Assembly: GCF_024521635.1 (NCBI RefSeq)
Contig: NW_026250411.1
Span: 496,001 to 560,000, forward strand
Reading direction: 5' to 3'
From: Tricharina praecox
Taxonomy: Eukaryota
DNA: 64,000 bases
In this document: positions 12,696 through 25,169 of the stretch, piece by piece
Layout: every line of letters starts with the position of its first letter
Position numbering within the stretch: the stretch's first letter is position 1
The notes under the pieces: generated by a model
The model's input: only the letters and a program-made list of their open reading frames with translations
Databases searched by the model: none
Told to the model about the DNA's origin: nothing
Program-made: the position numbers and the translations under genes

Positions 12696-12827
12696 GGTTG
12701 CGTAGTGCAGCGGTTAGCACGTGAGATTTTGACGACGATGGCCTGCCCGTTTTGCCCGGTTACCGGGCAAACCGGGCAGGCTACGACAGAGCTTCTCGAG
12801 TCCTGAGTTCGAATCTCGGCGCGACCT
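12696..12827 (+). tRNA. tRNA-Gln(TTG) with 60-nt intron (12733-12792)
   Basis: Acceptor stem GGTTGCG/CGCGACC, D arm GTGC/GCAC, anticodon stem TGAGA/TCTCG, TTG at 12729-12731, intron after position 37, T arm CTGAG-TTCGAAT-CTCGG, T-run terminator. Mature length 72 nt. Confidence 0.95.
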
Positions 12828-14353
12828 TTTTTTGTTTTTGGGTTTGGGTTCTTCTGGGGAGAAGGGGAGGGGGGAGGGGGACGAGTGGTGGGGGTGAAGA
12901 GGGTGAAGGGGAGTGCTTAGCGCAACAACAACAACGTGGTCAAGATCTGCATCGCGAAGGGATGGGTGACTTGGTATGGAAGGATGGAAGGATGGAGGGA
13001 AGGAAGGAGAAGCGAGATCTGATATCGCCCCGCGAACTCCTACGACCAATATATCAGCCTCCCCAGGGCTGGATCGATGTGCGCGCTCCACTCCACTCCA
13101 CTCCACTCCATCCTCCCTACCATACCGTACTGTTCCGTATCTACCGTACCTATCACTCTGCTCGCGCACACAGACACATCGGTGCGTACATCCTTAGGTA
13201 AGTCCACGGTTCGGTACATCTATCTCTCCACCTATCCATCCACCTACCCACCTATCCAAGCATCTACCCACCCACCAACCTACCCCACAGTGCACACAAT
13301 CCACACAACCACTCTATCCGCGCGTCAACCTCCCGATACCGGCGGTGTAAGTATAAACTGCTATATCGGCAGACCACTATCCATCCATCCATCCACTCAT
13401 CCATCTCCATCCGGTCTCGTCTCTTCTCGTCTCTAGTTTGCATACCCATCTCTCCTCATGGCCGTTCCAGTTCGTAACTCCCCACCACGACGGACACAGG
13501 TACAAACACGAGTAGGTATCCGATCGATCAATTGCTCGACTGCATTCCTCTTACCAACAACTACCTCACTAACCAAAAACCAAAAACCTCACAAGCTAAA
13601 AAAACAAAAAAGCACGACAAAAGCAAAAAAGCCACCATCCGGTACCAATTGCAGCCCACACATACCGGTATTCCACATTCCCCATTCTAAAGCGCATGCA
13701 CAGCCAAAGTATAAAAGTATAAAAAAACACACACGCATACTCTACACAAACAGCGAATACTTGGTATATGTATAACCAGCCCGATCGATCGGTCGGAATC
13801 ATGATCATGATCGAGTGTGGGGGAGAATGAGGGAGTGAGAAGTGGACGGGATAAGACCAGCACACAGCGCAGCACGGATAATAATACTATTACTACTTCC
13901 TAGTCAAAGTGGTGGTGATGGTGGTGGTGATTAAGAGGTGAGGTGAGGTGAGGTGTTGCGTGCCATGACATGAAGAAGCAGATACACACACAAGACGCGC
14001 GAGTAACAGAACAAAGAGCACCCAACCCAACCAACCAACAAAGCGGAGCTGTGCGAAGAGAAAGAAGAAGAAAAGAAGAAAAAAAGGAGAATCAGAAAAA
14101 CAACAAATGAAAGAACCCCATTGATCCCCACCGTCTATGCTCCCAGAAGAAAGAGAAAGGAAAGAAAAAAAGATAGAGTAGAAAAGTAAAACCAAATATT
14201 CGCAGCGCAAAGATCCAAGATCCAAAAGTCAATCGCAGTAACAAACAGCATGCAAATAAAAAAACGCCCACCCTTCAATCGAATCGCCAAACAAACAGCC
14301 CTGTGTCCTCCTCCTCCTCCATCCATATATGCTTCCCGTCTCCCGTCCGCGGA

Positions 14354-14590
14354 TTACACCCGACAATCCTTCAAGTCCCTGACCACGATAGCAACGCTGG
14401 CGCGCTTTGCCGCCTCGGCGACAAGGCTCATGTCGTTCCTCAGCCGGTCCTCGTAGCTGCCGCCATTGTCGTCGACCCAGCCGGGGATCGACTTGGGTAT
14501 CGACCCGCGACGCGAATGTGTGGTTGGCGTCGGGTTTGGCGGGACGAGCGAGGACTCATTCGTCGGCGCGGATGCGGAAGGTGTAGGCAT
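14354..14590 (-). CDS. 78-aa small protein with a conserved-looking fungal C-terminal motif (LVAEAAKRASVAIVVRDL)
   Basis: ATG at 14590 in CACAATG context, coding-like GC-rich composition between low-complexity UTR-like flanks. C-terminus resembles the AEAAKRAQMAVLMRD motif recalled from fungal hypothetical proteins. Confidence 0.75.
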   Translation of the reverse strand: MPTPSASAPTNESSLVPPNPTPTTHSRRGSIPKSIPGWVDDNGGSYEDRLRNDMSLVAEAAKRASVAIVVRDLKDCRV

Positions 14591-14605
14591 TGTGTTTGTT
14601 TTTGT

Positions 14606-14608
<3 letters not shown>

Positions 14609-14636
<28 letters not shown>
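14609..14636. repeat. (GT)n microsatellite just upstream of the small ORF start
   Basis: tgtgtgtg... run. Confidence 0.9.
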
Positions 14637-14641
<5 letters not shown>

Positions 14642-15683
14642 CGGAAGTGTTTTATTTCCGGGGGGCCGATACGTGGATCGTAGGATGGGTTCCGTTGAGA
14701 ATGTGCGGGTTACGAGTTGCGAGAGGTGGCAAGAGCTTTGAGGCGATGGGATGAGGAAGATGAGGAAGAAGCGGAAGAAGAAGAAGAAGAAGCGCCGAGC
14801 GCCGGGGAAAGGTGTAATAATATTATCGGAAGGCCACCCCTTCGGGTAGGTGCAAGACAGAGGGTTAACGGCCAAGCTTTGCTCTATCAAGCTCTTCAGT
14901 CGGAGTCAGGAGCGCGAGGTATTTTTTTTCTTTTTTCGTCTTCTTTTTTTTTTCTTCGCGCTTCCACCCTAGAGTAGAGTAGATGGGTGTATTGTTTTGG
15001 GGGGTTCCGGCAGAATGGTAACTTCCAGCTGCGGGAGCGTGGGCGGTTTGGCTGGCTCTGGCTGTGCGAGCAGTTGTTGACTGACAGCTTGTTGCAAGGA
15101 TCGGAGGCAGCAAGTACAGTAGCGGGTAACGGGACGGGCGAAGAGGCGTGAGCGTGATGGGGGCAGTGGGCGGGAGGGCGGGAGGACGAGTTTCGGCGAG
15201 CTGGACGGACCGAGATGTTTTCAGCCTGACGTGTTTTCGGAGGAGATGGTGGGCGGAGGGCAGGGTAGGTGGGTGCTGATGGGCAGTGTCAGGGCACTTA
15301 TGGGGGAGGAGGAGCAGGAAGAGGAGGAATGGAGGTTGGGGAGGGAGGGCGGGCACAGATATAAAGCTATATGGATGGGGCCTCGAGCGCGAACGGGAAG
15401 CTCTTTGAGGCAGAGGGCAAGCAAGCAAGAGCGGCTTGTGGGGGGATGGAAGGGAAGAGGTGTGTGTGCGAGTGTCAGTGGGAAATGGGTGGGTGGGTGG
15501 GATGAGTTGACTATGGGATTTGATTATGGACGGGCCTGGGGTGGGTGGGGGGAGGGGGAGGGAGAGGCCGTGGGGAGATGTGAGTTTGCTTGTGCTCTGC
15601 TTCCTGCTACACAACTAGCTTGGAAGCCGTCGGTAAGCTTAGGGTTGGGATTGCCCGTTCGCCCTTTGTGCTCGTCGGAATCT

Positions 15684-15757
15684 CGAGTTGGGGAAGCTTC
15701 GATCCAGCACATTCCCCACCCGAGCTGGTGGAGCTTTGATCCAGCACATTCCCCACC
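15684..15757. repeat. Tandem 37-bp duplication
   Basis: cgagttggggaagcttcgatccagcacattccccacc followed by cgagctggtggagctttgatccagcacattccccacc. Confidence 0.9.
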
Positions 15758-15977
15758 CTTCACAGCTGGCACCGCGTGGCATGGCCGGACGGACGGACGC
15801 GGACATATGCGGGAATGCAGGGAGTGAGGACGGGAAGGGCTACCTATCTGCTGCTGCTGCTGGCTGAATATCCGCGGCCGGAGCAGATATGTATCAGACT
15901 TCAGTGGGGAGCGCGAGATAACCCATGGCCGCCGACTATCTACCTGGTCCAGCAGCGTCGAGCTCGCGGTTGAGAGC

Positions 15978-16076
15978 TATCAATCGACGCGAACATGTGG
16001 CCTTCGAGCTGGTGGTCGAGAGCTATCATGGTGGGCGAGTAGGTATCAATTGACGCGAGCATGTGGCCTTTGAGCT
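15978..16076. repeat. 33-bp direct repeat, 2 copies
   Basis: tatcaatcgacgcgaacatgtggccttcgagct at 15978 and tatcaattgacgcgagcatgtggcctttgagct at 16044. Confidence 0.85.
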
Positions 16077-18541
16077 TATCACGGAAGGATGGGGCTTCTT
16101 TCCGGTCAATATCTCGGCAGATGGTGGATGGCCGGGAACGAGCGGGCCTGGAGAATGAGGTGAGTGAGGTGAGCGAACCAGTGAACGAGTCACCGGAGCA
16201 CAAAGACAGCAAGCTGAGCAATGTAGGTAGGCAAGTAGAGTACTCAGGTATGTACTCAATGTATGTAGGCGATATCCTTCCATCCTTCCGTCGTCCATTC
16301 ATTCGTTCATTGATCCATTCATCTACCCCAGTCCCCGTCTTACGTCGTCGTGTTCCGGCTGCATGCTACTTGCCGGCGGATGGTATGGGAACGAAGCTGT
16401 GGGGGATTCCAAGCCAACCACCAATTAACCATCACGAAGTTGCTGCACTACCAACACAACAACAATGTCTCTCAGCAAGCAACAATAGCAGCAGCAACGG
16501 AAACGGAAACGGAAACAGCGACAACAGCTCACCCCCAACGCTGCCGCCACCACCGCCTCGTTGACAACGAAACGGGACGAGACAAGCCGAACGGAAACGA
16601 ACGAGAAGAAGAAAAAGTCTGCAAGCGAAGCACATGTCGAGCTTCCTCGTTCGCCAGTACTCGACTCACAAGCAAGCATTGGCCCTGCTTCTCCAGCACC
16701 GTATCCCTTCTGTCACAGTCAGACTTCATCAATCGCACAGTTCAGCTCCTTCATCCATCCGTTCAATCAAAACAGCCCGGCGCCAACCCTCGGACCCGAC
16801 AAACGCCGTGTGGGATGAGCCGCGACGGACACCGGAATGAAAGGATCATAGAAAAAAGAAAAAAGCAACACGAGAAGGAAACACAACATGGTCTGCTCAT
16901 CTAAGTGATCGTCGTCAGCGGCAGCGGCAGCCATCGCCACCGTCCATGATTCGCCGACGATCCAGGAACAACAGCAATATCAACCGGTAGCAACACAATA
17001 ACAACGCCAACAGCAGCAACAACAACAGCAACAAAACAACACGGTAAACGACAGCATGTACCCGTCGCATCTTTCTCCTCCGCCCCGCAACCAGCAAAGA
17101 GCAGCCCTGAGTTATATGTAACAACCACGTTCCCCCACGACTGGGGGAGTGGGGGGAGGGGTGGGGGAGGGGTGGAAAGGCATGTTCCCGGATGCAACAC
17201 CAGATCGCAGGGTGAAAAGAAAAAATATATATCCCTCTTGCTTCACATCCCATCACATCGCATCCCACCCATGTCCATCATGTGTGGGGAAGTAGCCGAA
17301 GGGGCAAAGGAACAATCGAATGCAAGCCGGCGGCCGCCGGAGAACAACCGGAAAAAGAGATAGAGAGAGAAAAACAAAATGCTTCCCTCCCTCCCCCAGA
17401 CACATCGCCACCCCCTGCGAGCCGAGATCGATCTTTGCCGATACCAATCTAGTTGCCGGACTTGCGCCTGTGCCTGTGCCTGTAACGTTCTGGAACATTC
17501 TCCACCTTCCACCTTCCCACGCCCCCCACACCACACACCATCGGTCGGATTATCCACATGCCAAACACACTTGATACTTGTGTCTTAGTTAGGGCAAACG
17601 CATGAAATCAGATTCAGATCCTCCCTCCCTCCGGACAAGTCGGCCCTCGCGCCCAAGGGAATCCGGCACAGCACAGCACAGCACATGCGGAGGACAGCAG
17701 CAGCAGCAGCATGGATCTCCACGGCCGTATCGAAGAAGAAGAGCCAGATCTCACCTACCCACCTACCTACCCTGTCGTCCACAACCCAGGATGCTTGCTG
17801 CTTGGTGCCTGATGCGAACATGTAGAGTACCTATGATGATGTGCAAGCAGCGACCCGGGACGCGGGTATGGATGTGCACGCGACACGAAATGAGGTGCGT
17901 AAGGTACCTAGGACCTAGGTACATACATACGCCTGCAATGAACATTGAAAAATTGTTACCGGTATTGCGGATACCAAGGAGGTACCTACTTGGCGCATCA
18001 GGATCGAAGCCGACCAGAGCGAGTATGTACGGTATGCGTGAGAGTGGAGGGAGGGTCGAGTTCTCACGTTCATGCATATGGACGGACGAAATCTCGATTC
18101 TCCATGCACGGCCGGCGGCGGCGGCGGCGGCGGCGGGAAAGTAGTAACCGTCGGTGCCCGTCGATATGCAGATGTACCTAGAGATGTAATGGTAACCGAG
18201 TGCTCCCTTGAGACTCTGGGATGGGACGGTTTGTTGTGCACCTGATGCAGTTGTGTGTGATTGACCATGGCATACCCATTCATGGAGTATCACGCGGCCG
18301 ATAATCCCCAGAAATGGGATGTTCAATTTCTCAATCTCTCAATCATCCGTCTGGTAGCATACATAGCCCGCAGGGTGCTTACTAGGTATACCACTCGTAT
18401 CTGATCCTCGGGAGTTGGTGATTTATCTATGCTAACCGTCGTCCCTAAGCACACGCACCGTCGCTCGACCAACCAACCTGAAGCGTTGCAACTAACGCTA
18501 AGTACTAAATGTGCGCCTATCTGCCCGAATCTGCATCAAAA

Positions 18542-18614
18542 GCCTCGCTAGCTCAATCGGTAGAGCGTAAGACTCTTAATCTTAAGGCTGCGGGTTCGAC
18601 CCCCGCGTGGGGCT
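18542..18614 (+). tRNA. tRNA-Lys(CTT), copy 1
   Basis: GCCTCGC...GTGGGGCT cloverleaf, anticodon arm TAAGA-CTCTTAA-TCTTA, GGTTCGACCC T loop, downstream T tracts, 73 nt, no intron. Confidence 0.97.
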
Positions 18615-18655
18615 ATCTTCTTTTGTTTTTTGTCACTTTTGTAGTTTTTGTGTTC

Positions 18656-19928
18656 GTGGAGTCTGGAGTTTCGACGGACATGAGTTTTTAGTTTGGCTGG
18701 TCGCTGTCGCGACTCACGATGCTCAGACTACGTGTGTGCGGAAGGGAGGAATGGGGGAGGGTCGAGACTGGGGAGTATTCAGATTCCGTGCCCTCCGCTC
18801 TTCACCAGGAGTCGGAGTGCTGGAGTGGTGGTTAAGACGGTGGCTAAGACGGTGGTTGATCTTGGAATCTTGGATTCCAAGTTCCAACTCACGCTCAATA
18901 GCTACTTCAATAGCTACTCAGGCTTCTGGTCCTGTTCTTGGATTCCAAGTTCGAACTCACGCTCGATAGCTACTTCAATAGCTAGGTACTCGGTACTAGT
19001 ATTAAAAACAAAAACCGTTCGAGTTCGAGAATCGATAGAGCTTGCCCTCTCCATTCAGTCTCGTCGACCAGTCTCGTCAACTGATCCTCCCGCGACTGCC
19101 ACTGCCAGTTTGACTTCTGGCTTCCGGTCTTTGCCCTTCTCTCAATCCAGAGTCGGAGTGGTGGTCGGGACGGTGATTGATCTTGGAATATTGGATTTCA
19201 AGTTCCAAGTCACGCTCAATAGTTACTTGAATGGCTACTCAGTTAGTTATACCAGTGCGAACGAAACCCGTTCGAGTTCGAGAATCGATAGAGCTTGCCC
19301 TCTCTATTCAGTCTCGTCAACCAGTCACCCTCCCCATTCAGTCACCCTCCCTATTCAGTGTCGTTAACCAATCCTCCCGCCACTGCCACTGCCAGTCCGG
19401 CTTCCTGTCTTGTTCCGTTCCGGCTCAGATTCGGATGTGTGAGTGTTTGTTCTCAACCGTCAGGCATGTGGAGTCTCGACTGACATAAATCTCTTGGTTT
19501 TTGTTGGTCGCTGTCACGACTCAGGTTGCTCAGACCCCGTGTGTGCGCGGAAGGGAGGAGGGTCGGGGATTGAGAGTATCCGGATTCTGTGGGTGTTCTT
19601 CTCTCCAACCCGAGTAGTGGAGTGGTGGCAGAGACGGTGGTTGATCTTGGAATCTTGGATTTTAAGTTCTGGCTCACACTCAATAGATACTTGAATGGCT
19701 ACTCAGTTAGTTATGGGTAGTAGTGCGAACGGAAAACCGTTTGTGTTCGAGAATCGATAGAGCTTGCCATCTCCATTCAATCTCGTCCACCAGTAACCCT
19801 CCCCGTTCAGTCATCCTCTCCATTCAGTCTCTTCCACCAGTCCTCCCGCCACTGCCACTGCCACTGCTAGTCCGGCTTCTGGCCTTATTTCGCTCCGGTT
19901 CGGATATGTGTTCTCGACCGTCGGGCAT
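18656..19928. repeat. Degenerate hierarchical tandem repeat (A-B-B / A-B) abutting tRNA-Lys
   Basis: Block A at about 18656 and 19468. Block B (ggagtggtgg...gatcttggaat.ttggatt..aagttc...gttcgagaatcgatagagcttgcc...actgccactgcca) at about 18822, 19155 and 19619. Both higher-order units end in tgttctc.accgtc.ggcat (19467, 19928). Confidence 0.9.
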
Positions 19929-21550
19929 ACACAATGCACATTGGGCTGTAATATATGTACAAGTTCTATACATACATAGGATCACAGCCAACGTCGAAGC
20001 CCGAGAGGATGCCTTCGTGAATATCTTCTCTCCGTGGAATTCCAGCGGGCTTGGATGGACGAGGGCGGTATGTATGTATGATATGTAGGATATCAAAGAC
20101 CAGCCCATAATGTGGACGGAAGCTGGGGGACCTGGGCGAGGATCCGAGTAGACGGTGGAGCAGCAAGCCATTCCTAGTATCATACTGACGGCTGCGAAAC
20201 GATCGGGGCTATGAATGAAGATACACTTGGGCCTCCTACCTACCTATGCCAGACTGTCAGGACAAAATGGTACCCACATCGGAAAGAGAACTCACTACAG
20301 TAGTACCATCGGGCGTGCACTGAACTTCGGATCTTGTCGACAAGTTAATATGGGGATTGAAGCGTATTCCTAGGCTACTTGGAACAGGAAACTTTGTAAT
20401 CCTCCAAGTCCTCTCCTCCCTCATTCTTGGCTTTATGTAGCTTCATCCCACATGTTGGGCTGGTCCAGACTCCAGAGCTGGCTTAGAAACGGCCGTTTTT
20501 GCTGTTCCAAAGCAACTGATCGGGCCGCCTCGTCTCCGCAGTATCATACATACCCCTCTCTTTCCCACCTCGTGGTACTCGTCACTGCCGCACTGTGACG
20601 GGAGTTCAGTCCAGCACGTGCTGCAAAGGATTCGATACCGCTTCTCGAACGACCCGGTAGTTTACCTGGCCAATTGACTTTACCTCAGTACTCCTCCGAT
20701 CCTTGCTTTTTCTCACCCACAAAGTGAAATGCGTCATTCGGAACTCATTCGGAACAGGCGTCCGATCTGCACCTTTATCTTTATTCATCGACTGCACCCT
20801 ACCTGCCATGCCATGTCATGCTATGCAATCTGCCGGACAGCCCGGGGCGGGGGCGAGGTGGCAGATGCGGTAGGCCGGCCGACATTGTTTGTCACTCACC
20901 CTCGATGTTGAATTTCATCCTACATATTCGCGGGGATGCGCATTTGACTCGTCCATGTGTATACATATAGGGTTGAGGGCTCCGCATCACTCTATCGAAG
21001 TTAGAGTTTAGTTGGGTTCGTTTGCGAGATGCGGAGACACCTTACTCTATGTACCTAGCATGGGGCGGAAATTACCGGCTCCGCTTGGAGAACCTTGGAG
21101 AGCCAGCGTGGGATACAGTAACCCCCCAAAGCTCCCCTCACACCCAGAAACCGACACCCCCGCCGTTGACCAGCTGTGATGCTCCCGCGGTTACCGGGAA
21201 TATTCGCATTATGTATGTGTGGGAGGCATCGCAGCAGAAACCACCATTTTGTCGGGACTGTCGAATAGCAACAGCAGTTATCCTCAAGCTGGAGAGAATG
21301 AATGGCTCCTTAGAGGTTCGGATGGGTAGGTACGGCATGTGTGTAGCTACGGCACTCTTCATGTCGGTGGTCTGCTTGCCGCCAGTCAGGACTCAGACCA
21401 GCGGACCAACGGACGGAGGAACGAACCAAACTTGAACGTGATCGACCACACCTCTCGAGCTTCCAAGACGCCACCGCTACATACGGGACCTACACGTTGC
21501 TTGTTAGTTACTCACGAGTCACACACCGGCTTGCGGTGGGTATATATTGC

Positions 21551-21591
21551 CAGCTCCCAGCTCCCCAGCTCCCCAGCTCCCCAGCTCCCCC
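21551..21591. repeat. (CAGCTCCC)n tandem repeat, about 5 units
   Basis: Seen directly in sequence. Confidence 0.85.
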
Positions 21592-21870
21592 TTACGTGAC
21601 GGAAAGTCTTCCGCCGGCGCGTTCGCTACCTACACTCCAGCTTTGCCACCTGATCACTGTTATCCAGTCTTATCTGCACCCCCCACAGTTCCTTCTCGTA
21701 CATAAACCCGCTAGCTACTGCTCCCGCTGCCGCTCGTAAAGGAGAAAGAGAAATCGAAATCGAAAGCGAGCATCACCATTCTCACGAAGCCCTTCCTACC
21801 TTTGCGCGTCGTTCCCCTCCTCCGATCTTTCACCCCGCGCCTCACCAGCACACCCCCCAGCGCTCAGCAC

Positions 21871-23651
21871 ATGGACGTCGTCACCGCGGACCTGAAACCG
21901 GCAGGGTTGCAGCCAGCACCTCTTCCCAGCAAAGATGCCCCGCTCGTAGGGATAATAGGCGCCGGCGTCGCAGGGTTGCGGGCCGCGCAGGCCCTGCTCG
22001 ACAAAGGCTACAACGTAGCCGTGTTCGAAGCGCGGGACCGCGTTGGCGGGCGTGTCTGCTCCAGCGACAAGCTTGGGAAAGCAGTCGATCTGTGGGTCTA
22101 ACCATTTCCCTCTCTCGCGTGAACGTGGGAGGGCTTACGCGGGCGGCGGTGGAACAGCGGGCCTAACTGGATCCACGGGACTACCGAGAATCCGATAATA
22201 CCGCTGTCAGAGCTGGCGAAGTCGACGCTGCATAGCTTCGAGCAGAGCTGTCCGGTCATGGATCCCGATGGCCAGCTGCTCCCCCAGAGCGAGGCGGATC
22301 AGCTCCAGGACTCGCTGTGGCAGCTTATCGACCAGGCTACCGACTACTCGAAGGAGCACAAAGCGGTCATCCCGTCGGGAAAGTCCCTGTATGATTACGG
22401 CGTGGAGAGGGCGGATGAAATATTTGGGCCCAGTCTGCCGGCTGAAGAGGCCCCCGATGCGTCTGGTAGACCGGCGATCCCGAGAACGGAGAGCAGTCGG
22501 ATTCGTTGGAAAGGTCACGAACAGAGGAAGGAGTTGTTCTTGAGCATGCTTCACATGTGGGGGTCTTTCATTGGATCTAGTGTAATGAGGCAGAGTCTGA
22601 AGTTCTTCCTCCTCGAGGAGCCTGTGGAAGGACGTGAGTTGCCTATGGCTAGGTCATCTGCTGGGTGGTTTTTTCTGACTTGGAAGCAGCAAATCTGTTT
22701 GTTGCGAGCACTTACAAACCGATGGTCGATGTCCTTGCGACGGCGGCGCGAGAAGCCGGAGTGATCAACTTTTCCACTCCCATCACGTCCGTCACCGTGA
22801 CGGATACTCATTCCACTGACCACCGCCGGATACTCCTGACGGGACCCAATTCGACATATTCGGTCGACAGCCTGATCGTCACAATACCGCTCGGCTGTCT
22901 GAAGCGCTCGGCGATCACGTTCGACCCGCCGCTGCCGCAGCGAATACAGCAGTCGATCCACTCACTGAGTTACGGCCACCTCGAGAAGGTGTACATCCGC
23001 TTCCCAGCCGCATACTGGTTCGGCGACTCCAAATCGCCCGGGTTCTTTACGTTCCTGACGCCGCGGTACGCGCCGGAAACGAACCCAAACCAATGGCACA
23101 TGTGCTGCTTCTCGCTCGCGCACCTTCCAGAGCCATACGCGCAGGCCACCCTGCTGTTCTACATCTTCGGGCCGACGTCCGCGCACCTCACCAGCGAGAG
23201 CTTCGCCTCCCCGGACACCGCCGCGGGGTTCGCACAGTACGCCAAGTTCTTCGAACCGTACTTCTCGCGGCTGTGCGGGTACGATGCCGACTCCCCCGAC
23301 TGCAAGCCCGCAGACATCCTGCGCACCAACTGGTCGAGCGACGAGTACGCCGGCTACGGCTCGTACTCTAACTTCCAGGTGGGGCTCGAGGACGGCGAGC
23401 GCGATATCGAGGTCTTTAGGGAGGGCCTGCGCGATCGCGGTATCTGGTTCGCCGGCGAGCATACCGCTCCCGTCCTCGGTCTTGGCAGTGTCAGCGGCGC
23501 TTACTGGAGCGGCGAGATTGCCGCCCAGAAGGTCGTTGAGAGCTATGAGCCCGCTGCTGCTGCGGCGGTGCGGCAGAAGGAGGCGGAGGGTGAGCCGTTG
23601 GGTGCGCACGCCGCTGAGGGCACCAAGACGGTCGATGGGGTTTGTGCGTAG
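21871..23651 (+). CDS. Flavin-containing amine/polyamine oxidase (Fms1/PAO-like)
   Basis: Exons 21871-22091, 22158-22633, 22690-23651. IIGAGVAGL FAD motif, FEARDRVGGR, DLGPNWIHG, TIPLGCLK, FAGEHT...GAYWSG. Confidence 0.93.
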
Positions 23652-24018
23652 CTTTGGTGTAGTACAGTCCGTCCCGACTGGCCTAGAGTAGTAGTCCGGC
23701 AGGACAGAGTTTTGCGGCGTTCACTGGCTTCTGTAGTGTAGTATTAATTCCGTCCGTTTGACAATTTACCTTTACCTTTGAGTGTTGGTCTCGCGCCTGT
23801 TGTGTAATTGGGTTTGTGGCGGCGTGGCGCATAACCTTATATGTGTGTAACCATGAGGCTTGGCGTTAGTTACCTTCTCTCGCGCCACGGTGACTTACAC
23901 CTTCCTTCACGTCAAGCTCACTACTTAACGACCACCACCACCACCACCACCCTTCCTCCACACCACCACCACCACCACACCGCGACCAACCAACAAAAAA
24001 ACTCCAAAAACCGCAACC

Positions 24019-24891
24019 ATGATCAACACACACATCACGACCTTCGCGGGTCTCCCGAACCTGAACCTGCCGCTGCCGCCCAGCACGCTCATCTCGACTG
24101 TCTATAGCACACTGCTCACACGTCTCTCGCTCCCGCCATCTCATGGCCTCATCCTATCCACCACCTCCGGGCGCCTTCTCGCCCCCTCCTCCTCCACCCC
24201 CCTCTCGTCCCTCTCCTCCAGCGACCTCCTAACCCTGCGCCTCACCCACCCCCTCTGCGGCGGCAAAGGCGGCTTCGGCTCGCAGCTGCGGGCTGCAGGC
24301 GGTCGCATGAGCAGCCGGAAGAAATCGCAAGAGAACAGCGATTCCTGCCGGAACCTTGACGGTCGGCGCATGCGCACCGTTAAGGAGGCCAAGGCCCTCG
24401 CCGCGTGGCTCGAGGTTAAGCCTGAGATGGAGAGGCGCGAGAAGGAGGTGAGACTCAAGAGGTGGAGGGATATTGTTGAGGCTGCGGAGAGGAGGGAGGA
24501 AAATGGCGATGCGGCGAAGGGCAGGTTTGATGATCATGAGTGGATTGAGGCACTTGAGGAGGGGAAGGAGAGGACTAGGGAGGCGGTGTTGGGCGCGTTG
24601 AGGGAGGCGGGGTTGGTTAAAGATGCTGAGGAGGAGGGGGAGGAGGGGGGGGAGAGCTCCGGAGAGAGTTCGGGCGGTGAGGCGGAGGGGAGTGGCAGTG
24701 CGGTTAGGAGGGCGGTGGATATGGCGAAGAAGGAGGGGAAGAAGGAGGTGGTCGAGAGGAAGTTTGCGGGGTGGAACGATGAGGACGATGAGTTCATGAG
24801 CAGCGATGAGGAGATGGAGGATATTGCGGAGGAGGACGAGGAGGGGCAGGAGCCGGTCGATGTCAAGGGCAAGGGAAAGGTGAAGGCCTAG
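24019..24891 (+). CDS. SDE2: Sde2, ubiquitin-fold-activated splicing/genome-stability factor
   Basis: N-terminal ubiquitin-like region followed by LCGGKGGFGSQLRAAGGRM and SCRNLDGRRMRTV motifs; single exon. Confidence 0.95.
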   Translation: MINTHITTFAGLPNLNLPLPPSTLISTVYSTLLTRLSLPPSHGLILSTTSGRLLAPSSSTPLSSLSSSDLLTLRLTHPLCGGKGGFGSQLRAAGGRMSSRKKSQENSDSCRNLDGRRMRTVKEAKALAAWLEVKPEMERREKEVRLKRWRDIVEAAERREENGDAAKGRFDDHEWIEALEEGKERTREAVLGALREAGLVKDAEEEGEEGGESSGESSGGEAEGSGSAVRRAVDMAKKEGKKEVVERKFAGWNDEDDEFMSSDEEMEDIAEEDEEGQEPVDVKGKGKVKA

Positions 24892-25097
24892 CTCGATTGA
24901 TGGGCTTCCGTTTCTACTCTCTGTACTTTCTTACTTCTGGTTCTTTTTCTTTTTCTGCTTGGGCGTTTTGCTGGCATGCGATTACATACCAAATGATGTT
25001 TCATTTCCCTTTCTTCCAGAGTACTCGTACTCTAAATTGATGGATGAATTTGCAATGACATTCTTTCTACACGCTCAATCTCGGCCACCCTACACTT

Positions 25098-25142
25098 CAC
25101 CTCACCTCACCTCACCTCACCTCACCTCACCTCACCTCACCT
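25098..25142. repeat. (CACCT)9 microsatellite
   Basis: Seen directly in sequence. Confidence 0.9.
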
Positions 25143-25169
25143 CGTCTCGTCTCGTCTTGACCAACAATA

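Noticed and set aside
18693..19367. 224-aa ORF with internal repeats
   Set aside because: By-product of the tandem repeat array; no ATG start and the other copies are not open in the same way.
20250..20810. Higher-complexity stretch that might be a gene relic
   Set aside because: Frequent stops and no motif I could recognise.
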